Part shown: piece after piece, positions 35,701 through 43,870 of the stretch
Position numbering within the stretch: position 1 is the first letter of the stretch
Layout: each line of letters opens with the position of its first letter
Source of the DNA: Planctomycetota bacterium
Lineage (GTDB): Bacteria > Planctomycetota > PLA2 > JAEUHO01
Assembly: GCA_965222115.1 (NCBI GenBank)
Contig: CBDCTJ010000007.1
Span: 32,001 to 96,000 of the forward strand
Direction: 5' to 3'
DNA length: 64,000 bases
Translations under genes and position numbers: made by a program
The notes under the pieces: generated by a model
Seen by the model: the letters and a program-made list of their open reading frames with translations, nothing else
Told to the model about the DNA's origin: nothing
Database searches by the model: none

Positions 35701-37666
35701 CGTAGCATCCACAGTCGAGGGCGCGACGGGCGTTGGCTATGCCGACATCGTTGTGGAGCAACCGCTACACGCAACGCCTTGGGTCTCACCTCGTCTCACC
35801 GATGGGGACGAGTTGGAATTGCCCGTTGCCGTACGCAATGGGACCGATCAACCCATGAACGTGTCACTCCACATCGAGACGAGCGAGCCACTCGATGTCG
35901 AAGGCGATTCGCGTGCTCGAGTAAACGTCCCCGCGCGAGGGACTGGCGCTCACCGCTTCCGCATTCGTGCAAGCGGTCATGGGAAGTCCACGATCAAGAT
36001 CCGCGCACAATCGAAAGACAAAATCGACATCGCAAAGCACACCGTCACAGTTCGGCGCGATGCAAGAGAAGTAATTGCTTCCGAATCGACGCTGCTGCAT
36101 GCCGGAACTTCGTGGAAGCCTTCAATCGCGTTGTCGGGCACGGAGCCCGTTGAAATCACACTCTACCCAAGTGCCATGGCAGACGTCGTTGGTGGATTTG
36201 AGGGACTCATTCGAAAGCCAAGCGGTTGCTTCGAGCAAACGTCATCCACGCTTTATCCCATGGTGCTTGCGCTTGACTATCTGCGACGCTCCGGCCAAGC
36301 CCATGCAGGGCTTGAAGATCGCGCCCGAAAGCACGTAGCGAGTGGCTATCAACGCTTGCTTGGTTTCGAGGTACGTCGGTCACCTGGCGGGTTCTCTCTC
36401 TTCGGCCACAGTCCAGCAAGCACGTTTCTCACCGCCTATGGATTGATGGAATTTACCGACATGGCGCGCGTACACGAGATCGACGCCGATTTGCGGCCGC
36501 GCATGATCAAGTTCTTGCGGGGTCGGCAAGACAAGGACGGCTCATGGGGTCATCCGGCACGCCCCGCACATCAAGAACTCCGTTCGCACGGAAAGCATCC
36601 AAGGTTCAACAGTACGGCGTACACCGCATGGGCGATTGCCAAGGCCGGCGAATCTACGGACCGAGCACTTGAATGGATCCAAGACCGCGTAGACGAGATC
36701 ACGTCACCCTACTCCCTCAGCCTCGCTGCGCTGGCGTTTTTAGAGCGTAACCCAGCGTCGTCAACCGGTGCTACGCTCGTTTCGCGGCTCGCTGCCATGG
36801 CAAGGGCAAAGAAAGAATCAGTCACGTGGGAATCTGAATCCCCCACCGGACTTGGTGCTCGAGGTCGAGTGGCCCGTATTGAAACGTCGGCCCTCGCAGT
36901 GCAAGCCATTTTGAAAGAACAACATCACGTTGACACCGCAAACCCTGACATCGCAAACCGTGGCCTCGCCGGGCTGATTCAAGCGCGCGGTGCCGACGGA
37001 CGATTCGGAACGACACAGAGTACGATTCTCGCGCTGCAAGCATTACTTGCCGCTGATGTATCCTTCAACAAAGGAGGTTCGTGCGCCCTGAGCATTAGGA
37101 GCGGCGAACGAGAAGTCGCTAGACAGACCATGACGCCGGACACATCAGACATCATACGCATGAGTTTCAAAGCGAGTCCGGGCGAAGACGTAAGCGCAAC
37201 AACGAAGGGCACACGATCCATTCGCATGAGCGCGTCACAGAAGTCATGGGTATCGTGGAGCGAGGCTACGAGAAAGAGCGGACGTGTTTCACTCAACATC
37301 AAGTACCCCTCTCATGTGTTGGAAGTGGCCCGCCCCGCTTCTGCCCAAGTGACGATTTCGAATGTGAGCAAGAAAACAGCTTCACTCGTGACCGCCGAGA
37401 TTGGCATTCCGCCAGGGTGTGACATCGAAACTCGGAGGATTCGAGCCAGCAACCCCAACGCTCAGTTCCTAAAACGCATCGAACGAACTGAGGACGCCAT
37501 CGTGCTGTACTTGCTCAACTTAAGACCGGATCAAATACGCCAAATCAAGATCCCCTTCGTTCCGCGCCATCGACTCAACGTCAGGACCACTCCCTCCACG
37601 GCCTACGAGTACTACGTCCCTCACGAGGCCGTGATCGTGCCGCCTCAGCGCGTGCGAGCGGAGTAG
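32726..37666 (+). CDS. Bacterial alpha-2-macroglobulin family thioester protein
   Basis: MG2 (LVTDRTLYK), YRPGET..IDQAVL, VRSNFLPTLCF..DLADNITTW, thioester PSGCFEQTSS, FGTTQSTILALQAL, AYEYY.P. Confidence 0.9.
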   Translation: MASECSSVPLLLLPDRKLLLHERVNLDAYVAGGGRVVSTPWSQHAIGSTANGLTMQDVVPTTSSAHAIARMVAESIQKSQHIIHIDSDPTELIRANRHGDEISVQLAEAPNQAFLTRADGSRLDLGIKPARTLRFVSPTGNKHPLHVSLCVDANRNGVMFRRSWTLEQLVGITDARFLASSEAYAGGTFAVRAIYTNSKSRAPVAGHKEVIKLVQANRVLAQTVSPSNDAGIVNARLWVPHDANAGSATLHVGTDTRPVTVKRSVRVSLVTDRTLYKETDRVHARVMVHEVPSGRPARGRTVTLRCGRIKKDVVTSNFGIASASFELINESVGTSKISAAVDGAFATSSFRVTAYETPTFRVNVTPETLHLDKGQSGTVEVTVTTLSGKPLAGAQVHFEPWWGMRTENQNMKTDREGQTSTTVRREGRLRDRGVWVHVTDADGRTLTREVHVRRATTAAPIRVRALSELVAGQPGTFSVHAKGRREIILTIDFKKRLRVALDGDGNGLFEATPKSNVVFIGGAGFRPRSFPVHVADAERPGPTLMLDRRIANVGDLLTGKIVGPDGTVLLDVLRDDVIIRTLAAHIKDGQAKLSVPLEPDLAGHLTIRAASTPQKRTRGSLVRVLVGRGRTLSVEAKSRAESYRPGETARLDVNVRDPRGRPAPGVLGYWAIDQAVLDLSSWSDGNESRFDLARDNEQKTLLKLKDSNDYRSAVVRVLGGIQNLDKYNKGTYSVGRVRTQRIEARKRSVKAARAWMKALRTRGAEALASVPLSRLRATYSLRETVRWLIRRRALDATALIDPWGTPLLVRNAWKNVKIYDEQGGDRPRQWYSYTFERAFPCQSAGPDRQMNTMDDIHLAWHVYQPWGTCSKALPGSFWRLMADTKRALTEDRKTEIDSGAIERAGGTNIGSLMNGTIGIGGGSGGAFKGRGGGRDLGTGGGGRRKYEEPVKHVRSNFLPTLCFVPEAIVGPDGKAELKIDLADNITTWKTRLVASTVEGATGVGYADIVVEQPLHATPWVSPRLTDGDELELPVAVRNGTDQPMNVSLHIETSEPLDVEGDSRARVNVPARGTGAHRFRIRASGHGKSTIKIRAQSKDKIDIAKHTVTVRRDAREVIASESTLLHAGTSWKPSIALSGTEPVEITLYPSAMADVVGGFEGLIRKPSGCFEQTSSTLYPMVLALDYLRRSGQAHAGLEDRARKHVASGYQRLLGFEVRRSPGGFSLFGHSPASTFLTAYGLMEFTDMARVHEIDADLRPRMIKFLRGRQDKDGSWGHPARPAHQELRSHGKHPRFNSTAYTAWAIAKAGESTDRALEWIQDRVDEITSPYSLSLAALAFLERNPASSTGATLVSRLAAMARAKKESVTWESESPTGLGARGRVARIETSALAVQAILKEQHHVDTANPDIANRGLAGLIQARGADGRFGTTQSTILALQALLAADVSFNKGGSCALSIRSGEREVARQTMTPDTSDIIRMSFKASPGEDVSATTKGTRSIRMSASQKSWVSWSEATRKSGRVSLNIKYPSHVLEVARPASAQVTISNVSKKTASLVTAEIGIPPGCDIETRRIRASNPNAQFLKRIERTEDAIVLYLLNLRPDQIRQIKIPFVPRHRLNVRTTPSTAYEYYVPHEAVIVPPQRVRAE

Positions 37667-37802
37667 ATGCAGAGTCGGCGCGTCGTGCGCACACCGCCTA
37701 CGCTTGAGGGGTTGGAACGCTCAGATGGCGGATGAGATTCCCTATCCCTGATGGACACACGTTACTCCGCAATCGAGAACAAGGGACACTGAGCCCTGAA
37801 AG

Positions 37803-38271
37803 ATGATTGGCCAAGATCTAATTCGCTCTCTCGCGCCCGATTGGAGTTACCCAAAGAAGCCCCGTGCCGAAAGATGTGGATTTCGCCCTGACTCGGTATC
37901 TACCGACAATCAGATTTCGAAAGAGAGCCCTAACGGTTGAAGAAGAATTCTCCCAAGAATGGCGAGTCAATTACTATGGTTCAAAAATGACAATTCGAGA
38001 GTTTATACGAGATCACGTTGAAGTGCCTCCGCCGGTTGAGCTTCCAAGAGATGTTGTCGAGGCCCTCCGGTCTCTTCGCAAAGTCGGATCGAGTCGCTAG
38101 CGTTCACAGCTCAAGCAAGGCGCTACGAGTGGCAAACTGCGCACGGAGTACGCTCGGTTTCGGAGGATCGTTGACAGGGCTGACGTGCTCTTGAAAACTG
38201 ATTCGTACGAATTCGAGCGCTTCAATGCACGTACCGCTCTGCCAATACACCTACGAAATGCACCTGGATGA
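37803..38271 (+). pseudogene. Possible decayed gene remnant
   Basis: The ATG 37803 frame joins the 37864-38100 frame via an extra C in a CCCC run, and that frame stays open past TAG 38098 to 38271; no family recognised. Confidence 0.3.
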
Positions 38272-38325
38272 CTTTAACGCTCTCAAACGCAAAGGACGTT
38301 TTGGTGGACATCCCCCACTGGTGCT

Positions 38326-38826
38326 TCACATCAAAATCTTAGCCATCGCCAGTTCATCGACAAATGCGCCTGCAACCCGGAGTCGATCGCGGAGCACGCC
38401 TTCGACGTCGAATCCGCACTTGCGGTAGAGTCCGATGGCGGCCTCGTTATGGGCCATAACCGTCAACTGAAGACGATGAATCGCATGTTCACGTGCCCAC
38501 GCCTCTGCCGTGTGCATGAGGCGCGTGCCGTGGCCTTGGCGACAGTAGGCGGCACGAAGACCCATCACAATGGAGGCCGTTTGCCGGTTGCGCTTGTACG
38601 GCCCGCCCATGCAGACGATGTAACCGGCCAATGCTTCCTCTGAGGCCAAAACGAACATGACTTGATTGTCCGCGCTTTGCCAACCGGCGATTCGATCACG
38701 CGTCTGCTCAACAGAAGTCGTTCGTTCGCCCGGCTCCAACATCATAAATGCGGATTCGACGTCGAGGCACAGATTGAGTTCGTGCAGCGCCGCGGCGTCG
38801 TCAATGTGAATTTCACGAATGTTCAT
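38326..38826 (-). CDS. GNAT family N-acetyltransferase
   Basis: RQGHGTRLM acetyl-CoA motif; HRLQLTVMAHNEAAIGLYRKCGF. Confidence 0.9.
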   Translation of the reverse strand: MNIREIHIDDAAALHELNLCLDVESAFMMLEPGERTTSVEQTRDRIAGWQSADNQVMFVLASEEALAGYIVCMGGPYKRNRQTASIVMGLRAAYCRQGHGTRLMHTAEAWAREHAIHRLQLTVMAHNEAAIGLYRKCGFDVEGVLRDRLRVAGAFVDELAMAKILM

Positions 38827-38855
38827 GGCATCACATACTCTCAAATTTCAATTGC

Positions 38856-39680
38856 CTACATCACATTCAACCCGCGCAACATCTCAAGCCAGGCCTGCAA
38901 CGCGAGTCCGCCCGCTTGCCTCGCACCGAGCACATGGCCGGCATCGAGAACGCGAACGCGAGGGCGCTCATTCGGATCCACGATCTTGATTTCGGCGGCC
39001 ACGCCGCGTGTTTCGTCCATGCCTTCTAGCGTGGTGGCGAGCGTGGCAGACATGGCCGGGTCGTCGGCGCGATCGGGATGCTCGTAGCGCTCGACAAAGG
39101 CGAGGTAGTCGTCTTTGCTAACCTCGGCCCACACACCAATGGCCACATGATCGTCATGGTCGTGGAGTGGAATCTCGACGAGACCATGAACATAGAAGTG
39201 CGTATCGTCCATGCTGCAAAAGTCGCTTGAGATCTCGCAGCGCGATTCGCGTTCTTCGTCGGACAGCTCGAACATGGCGTCGGGCAACTGATACCCCACG
39301 TCAAGCGGCGAACCGCCATGCGCTTCGCCGCGCTCGCCACGTTCTAACTCGTCATCGGGCTCGACGACGGTTTCGCTTCGCGTCCACGGTTCACCAGGCG
39401 CATCGCGCCACGCATTCCAGCCCAAAGGAAGATCGGCCAGCTCCGCGATGGAGGCATCGTGCTTCCACATGGATTCAAGTGAAACAACTAGCGCGTCTTC
39501 AATGGTGGACGCTTCGGCCCCATGAAACTGCCACCCGCCATCGTCCGCGTCGTGCGTGACAAAGTGAATCGGTGACCTTTCCTCGATAACGGCCTTTACG
39601 GTGAAGCACGCGAGGTTCGGCGGATCCTCAAACGGCCATCCTTCGGGTGGCGGATTAGGAGCGGATTCTTGTTCAGTCAC
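38856..39680 (-). CDS. Fusion of DUF2185/Imm33-like domain and DUF2199 domain
   Basis: N-terminal VTHDADDGGWQF...LADLPLGW.AWR; C-terminal SDFC.MD..HFYVHG.VEIP...GVWAEVS...RP; AGGAGG before GTG 39680. Confidence 0.7.
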   Translation of the reverse strand: MTEQESAPNPPPEGWPFEDPPNLACFTVKAVIEERSPIHFVTHDADDGGWQFHGAEASTIEDALVVSLESMWKHDASIAELADLPLGWNAWRDAPGEPWTRSETVVEPDDELERGERGEAHGGSPLDVGYQLPDAMFELSDEERESRCEISSDFCSMDDTHFYVHGLVEIPLHDHDDHVAIGVWAEVSKDDYLAFVERYEHPDRADDPAMSATLATTLEGMDETRGVAAEIKIVDPNERPRVRVLDAGHVLGARQAGGLALQAWLEMLRGLNVM

Positions 39681-39758
39681 AACATGTCCTCCTATGTGAT
39701 GATACACGACACGTGAACAGCGGATTCGACATGTAGCTTGATCGCAAACCCGTGCTTG

Positions 39759-40532
39759 TCAAACCCCCTCGACAACTGCAATGACCGGTGCGTGATCCGA
39801 CGGTTTCTTGCCCTTGCGTTCCGGTCGATCGATCTCACATGACGTGCAACGATCCGAGATGGCCTCGGTACCGAACATGAGGTCGATGCGGAGCCCCTTG
39901 TTCTTGGGGAAACCGAGCTGGCGATAGTCCCACCACGAGTACTTTCCGGCCTCTTCGGTATGCAATCGATAGAGATCGGAGAGACCCCATTCGGTGATAG
40001 CGGTCAGCGCCTCATGTTCTTTGGGATGAAAGTGAACCTGATCACGAAACGCATCGACGTCGTATACATCGCGTTCATCGGGCGCAATGTTGAAGTCGCC
40101 CATGAGCACCAAAGGCTCGCTCGCGGTCGCGGAGTCGTTTAGGTAGTCGCGCAGCTTCGAAAGCCAATCAAGTTTGTAGACAAACTTATCGCTTTCTACA
40201 CTCGAACCATTGGGCACGTACACGCCGATCACGCGCACGCCACCCACAGTGGCGGCGATCAATCGCTTTTGATCATCGGGACCGTCGCTGGGAAATCCTC
40301 GCTGAACATCGTCCATGGGCAGCTTGCTCAGGAGCGCTACGCCGTTGTAGGTCTTCTGCCCAAATGTCTCAAGGTGATAGCCTCTCGACTCAAAGGGCTC
40401 CCGCGGGAAGTCGTCGTCCACGACTTTGGTCTCTTGCAAGCAAATGACATCGGGGTCATGGCGCTCGAGCCACGCCACGGCGCGCTCCAGGCGGACACGA
40501 ATGGAGTTGACGTTCCATGTGGCAATCTTCAT
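39759..40532 (-). CDS. xth: Exodeoxyribonuclease III
   Basis: MKIATWNVNSIR, LQETK, YVPNG, GDFNIAP, YSWWDYR, GLRID and PSDHAPV motifs. Confidence 0.95.
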   Translation of the reverse strand: MKIATWNVNSIRVRLERAVAWLERHDPDVICLQETKVVDDDFPREPFESRGYHLETFGQKTYNGVALLSKLPMDDVQRGFPSDGPDDQKRLIAATVGGVRVIGVYVPNGSSVESDKFVYKLDWLSKLRDYLNDSATASEPLVLMGDFNIAPDERDVYDVDAFRDQVHFHPKEHEALTAITEWGLSDLYRLHTEEAGKYSWWDYRQLGFPKNKGLRIDLMFGTEAISDRCTSCEIDRPERKGKKPSDHAPVIAVVEGV

Positions 40533-40670
40533 GAGGGCTCCGACAGAGAGAATCACTGCGCGTTCGACAAAAGCGACTTCGTGCGCAGGTTTCTGTATGA
40601 ACAATACGAAGATTGGCGCCGGAAGGGCTACCATCTCGGCGACCGACGCGGCCTCACCCTCCGGAGAATC

Positions 40671-42497
40671 GTGCAAGATCCGCTCACAAGCATTGCCGCC
40701 ATCCTCGCGCTGGGCGCCGCCGCCCAGTGGCTGGCGTGGCGGTTGCGGCTGCCCGGCATTCTCCTGCTGCTCATCTTTGGCTTCTTTTCGGGGACTGAAT
40801 GGCTCGGCCTGGTCGATCCCGAGGCACTACTCGGCGAGACGCTGCATCCGTTCATTGGCGCCTCCGTGGCCATCATCCTGTTCGAAGGTGGGCTCACGCT
40901 TCACTTTCGCGAGCTGAAAGACTATGGCGCCGTTGTTTGGCGCCTCTGCAGCATTGGCGCATTGGTTACGTGGGCGGGCTGCGCGTTGGCCGCGCGCTTT
41001 CTCGTTGGCATGTCGTGGGAAATCTCGATCTTACTTGGTGCGATTCTGATTGTGTCGGGTCCCACAGTCGTGCTGCCCATTCTCCGACAGATCAATGTCA
41101 AGGGCGCAGCGGGCGCCGTTCTTAAGTGGGAAGGCATCGCCATCGATCCAGTGGGAGCGGTATTGGCCGTGCTCACATTCGAAGGATTGTCGGAGGCAAG
41201 CCTCGGCGACGCAGCGGGCCATGGCGTCATTGGCATCGGCCGTACGATTGCCGTTGGGGCAATCCTTGGTGTGTTTGGTGGCTGGTTATTGATGCGCTCC
41301 ATCGAACGATACTGGATTCCCGATCATCTCGACAATCCCATTGCACTGGCGTTGACCGTGGTCGTATTCGCGGTGTCCAACTACTTCCAACACGAAAGCG
41401 GACTCCTGGCCGTCACGGTCATGGGCATCTTCGCTGCCAATCAGTCCAAAGTCAGCGTCAAACACATTCTGGAATTTAAAGAAAACGTTCGCGTTTTGCT
41501 CATTTCGAGCCTGTTTATCCTGCTCGCAGCCAACCTGAAACGAGCCGATATTGCATTGCTCAATGGCCGTCACTTGGCATTCTTGGCAGTGATCATACTC
41601 GTTGTGCGCCCCCTTGCCGTGTTGGCATCCACATGGCGCACGCCCATGACAACGAAGGATCGACTCTTCTTGGCATGGCTGTGTCCACGCGGAATCGTTG
41701 CGGCGGCCGTCGCGTCGATTTTCGCCACCGAACTCTTGAGCGCCGCCAATCCCTATGACGACGCCAAGCTGCTTGTGCCCATGACCTTCTTGGTCATCGT
41801 TGGCACAGTTGTGATTTACGGACTCACGTCAGGTCTCGTTGCGCGCAAACTTGGACTCGCTGTAAAGAACCCGCAGGGAATCCTCATGGTAGGTGCCCAC
41901 GAGTGGGCGCGGGAATTGGCACTTGCCGTGCGCGGTACAGGCGTTGACGTTGTGCTGGCAGACACAAACCGGGAGCGTGTCGCTGCCGCTCGATTGGCAG
42001 GGCTGGCTGCGTTTCATGCCAATGTTCTTGAATCGCACATGGAAGAAACACTGCCCATTCAATCCATGGGGCGCGTCTTTGCGCTCACGCCCAATGATGA
42101 AGTGAACACGCTCATCTCCATGCACTTCAGTCATGAGTTTGGTCGTGCCGAGACGTATCAGCTTGCTCGCGACGCCTCGACCAAGGACGAGGGATCCTCG
42201 CACCTTCGAGGGCGCATTCTCTTCGACGAGGAGGCCGACTATTTCGAGATCAGCCGTCGCATAAGGGACAAGCATCGCATCGTGGCGACCAAGCTCTCAG
42301 ACCAGTTCAGCTTCTCCGATTTTCTAGAGCACCATGGCGAGCAAGCTCTGCCCCTGCTGGCGATTTCCGAGGGTGGCATCGTGGACGTGTTCACCTCCAA
42401 CAGCAAAGCCAACCCACAGGCACGGCACACCATCGTCGCCGTTGTGCCGCAACGGGCGGATTCGGCGAGCAACGGGAGCGTCGAGGACGCCAATTAG
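40671..42497 (+). CDS. CPA1 (NhaP-type) cation:proton antiporter with C-terminal RCK/TrkA-N-like domain
   Basis: VAIILFEGGL, SGPTVV.P, LKWEGI.IDP.G, ESGLLAVT and PRGIVAAA motifs; GGAG before GTG 40671. Confidence 0.9.
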   Translation: MQDPLTSIAAILALGAAAQWLAWRLRLPGILLLLIFGFFSGTEWLGLVDPEALLGETLHPFIGASVAIILFEGGLTLHFRELKDYGAVVWRLCSIGALVTWAGCALAARFLVGMSWEISILLGAILIVSGPTVVLPILRQINVKGAAGAVLKWEGIAIDPVGAVLAVLTFEGLSEASLGDAAGHGVIGIGRTIAVGAILGVFGGWLLMRSIERYWIPDHLDNPIALALTVVVFAVSNYFQHESGLLAVTVMGIFAANQSKVSVKHILEFKENVRVLLISSLFILLAANLKRADIALLNGRHLAFLAVIILVVRPLAVLASTWRTPMTTKDRLFLAWLCPRGIVAAAVASIFATELLSAANPYDDAKLLVPMTFLVIVGTVVIYGLTSGLVARKLGLAVKNPQGILMVGAHEWARELALAVRGTGVDVVLADTNRERVAAARLAGLAAFHANVLESHMEETLPIQSMGRVFALTPNDEVNTLISMHFSHEFGRAETYQLARDASTKDEGSSHLRGRILFDEEADYFEISRRIRDKHRIVATKLSDQFSFSDFLEHHGEQALPLLAISEGGIVDVFTSNSKANPQARHTIVAVVPQRADSASNGSVEDAN

Positions 42498-42614
42498 TGG
42501 CCCCCAGGACGAAATCTCCAGCGCGTGTTTGGCGGTGCTGGACCCGTCGACGGTGCCCGCTACCTTGACCGACGCACGGCCACGCGCCGCCGCAGTGGCC
42601 CACGGAGCACGCCC

Positions 42615-43772
42615 ATGAGCACCGACACCAAGGTGTTGTTTGAAATCACGGAGAAGCACCTCAATACGGGGCTGCGCGGTTATCCGGTAGGGACTTGCCG
42701 CACCAGCCGCGTGGACCCAGAGCTTGGGGTCACATACGTGGGCTACACGTTGGGCACACTCAAAGATCGCCCCGCCGAAGACGTCATCTATTTGCTGCTC
42801 AACAAAGAACTTCCGAACGACGAGCAAGCGGAAGCGTTGCGCAACGACATGGCCAAGCGACGCGCGATCGATCCGGCGGTGTTTCACGCGTTGAAAGCGC
42901 TGCCCAAAGAAGGCCATCCCATGGAGTGGCTCATCACGGGCCTTTCATTGCTGGGTATGACGGGCAAAACGGGCGACTACAAGGAAGACTCGCTCAATCT
43001 CATTGCACGTATTAGCACCCTCATTGCTTCGATCTATCGCATTCGCGAGGGACTTGGCGATCCCATTGCGCCCGACAGTTCCCTGAGTTTCCACGACAAC
43101 TTCGTTCACATGCTTGGCATTGACGAGGCATCGCCCCAGTTGGCCGAACTCTTCCGCATCTTCTACATTCTTCACATGGACCACGGCGGAGGCAACCTCT
43201 CCACATTTACCGGCAAGGCCATCGCCTCGGGCAAGGCCGACATGTACAGTTCCATTGCCGGCGCCATGGCGGCGCTTTATGGCCCGCGTCACGGCCGTGC
43301 CAATCAAGAGTGCCTTAAATTTGTAAAATCCATCGGTGCTACCGACAAGAAGGAAATCGAAGCGCAGGTGCGCAAGATCCTGGCCGACGGCGGATTGGTC
43401 TACGGCTTCGGCCACGCGGTGTTGCGGCGTGAAGACCCGCGCGCAGCGATTCAATACGCGTTCGGCAAACGGCACTTTGCCGACAATGAACTCTTCCAAA
43501 CGGCCCACGCCCTGCGTGAGGTCGTTCCGACGATTCTCAAAGAGAACCCGAAGATCAAGAATCCCTATCCGAACGTCGATGCCATTTCGGGCACACTGCT
43601 TACGGCAGCGGGTTTCAACAAGCCCGACTACTACACGTTGCTCTTCGGCTGGTCGCGCGTCGCGGGCATTGCGTGCCAAATCGTTGACGAGCGCACGTTC
43701 CCGGGAAAGAAGGACGGACTCGCGATTTATCGACCCAAGTACATCGCTGCCGACCAACCCAGCCGCAACTGA
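42615..43772 (+). CDS. gltA: Citrate synthase
   Basis: DHGGGNLSTF, GPRHGRAN, GFGHAVLRREDPR and YPNVDAISG catalytic motifs. Confidence 0.92.
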   Translation: MSTDTKVLFEITEKHLNTGLRGYPVGTCRTSRVDPELGVTYVGYTLGTLKDRPAEDVIYLLLNKELPNDEQAEALRNDMAKRRAIDPAVFHALKALPKEGHPMEWLITGLSLLGMTGKTGDYKEDSLNLIARISTLIASIYRIREGLGDPIAPDSSLSFHDNFVHMLGIDEASPQLAELFRIFYILHMDHGGGNLSTFTGKAIASGKADMYSSIAGAMAALYGPRHGRANQECLKFVKSIGATDKKEIEAQVRKILADGGLVYGFGHAVLRREDPRAAIQYAFGKRHFADNELFQTAHALREVVPTILKENPKIKNPYPNVDAISGTLLTAAGFNKPDYYTLLFGWSRVAGIACQIVDERTFPGKKDGLAIYRPKYIAADQPSRN

Positions 43773-43870
43773 TCTCCTAATCTCAACGCCGCAAGCCGCA
43801 AGTAACAGGTCGATCCCGCGGAATCCTGCGCCCTTGACAGAACCGCGCTCTGCGTGCGCAATGGAGGCAC

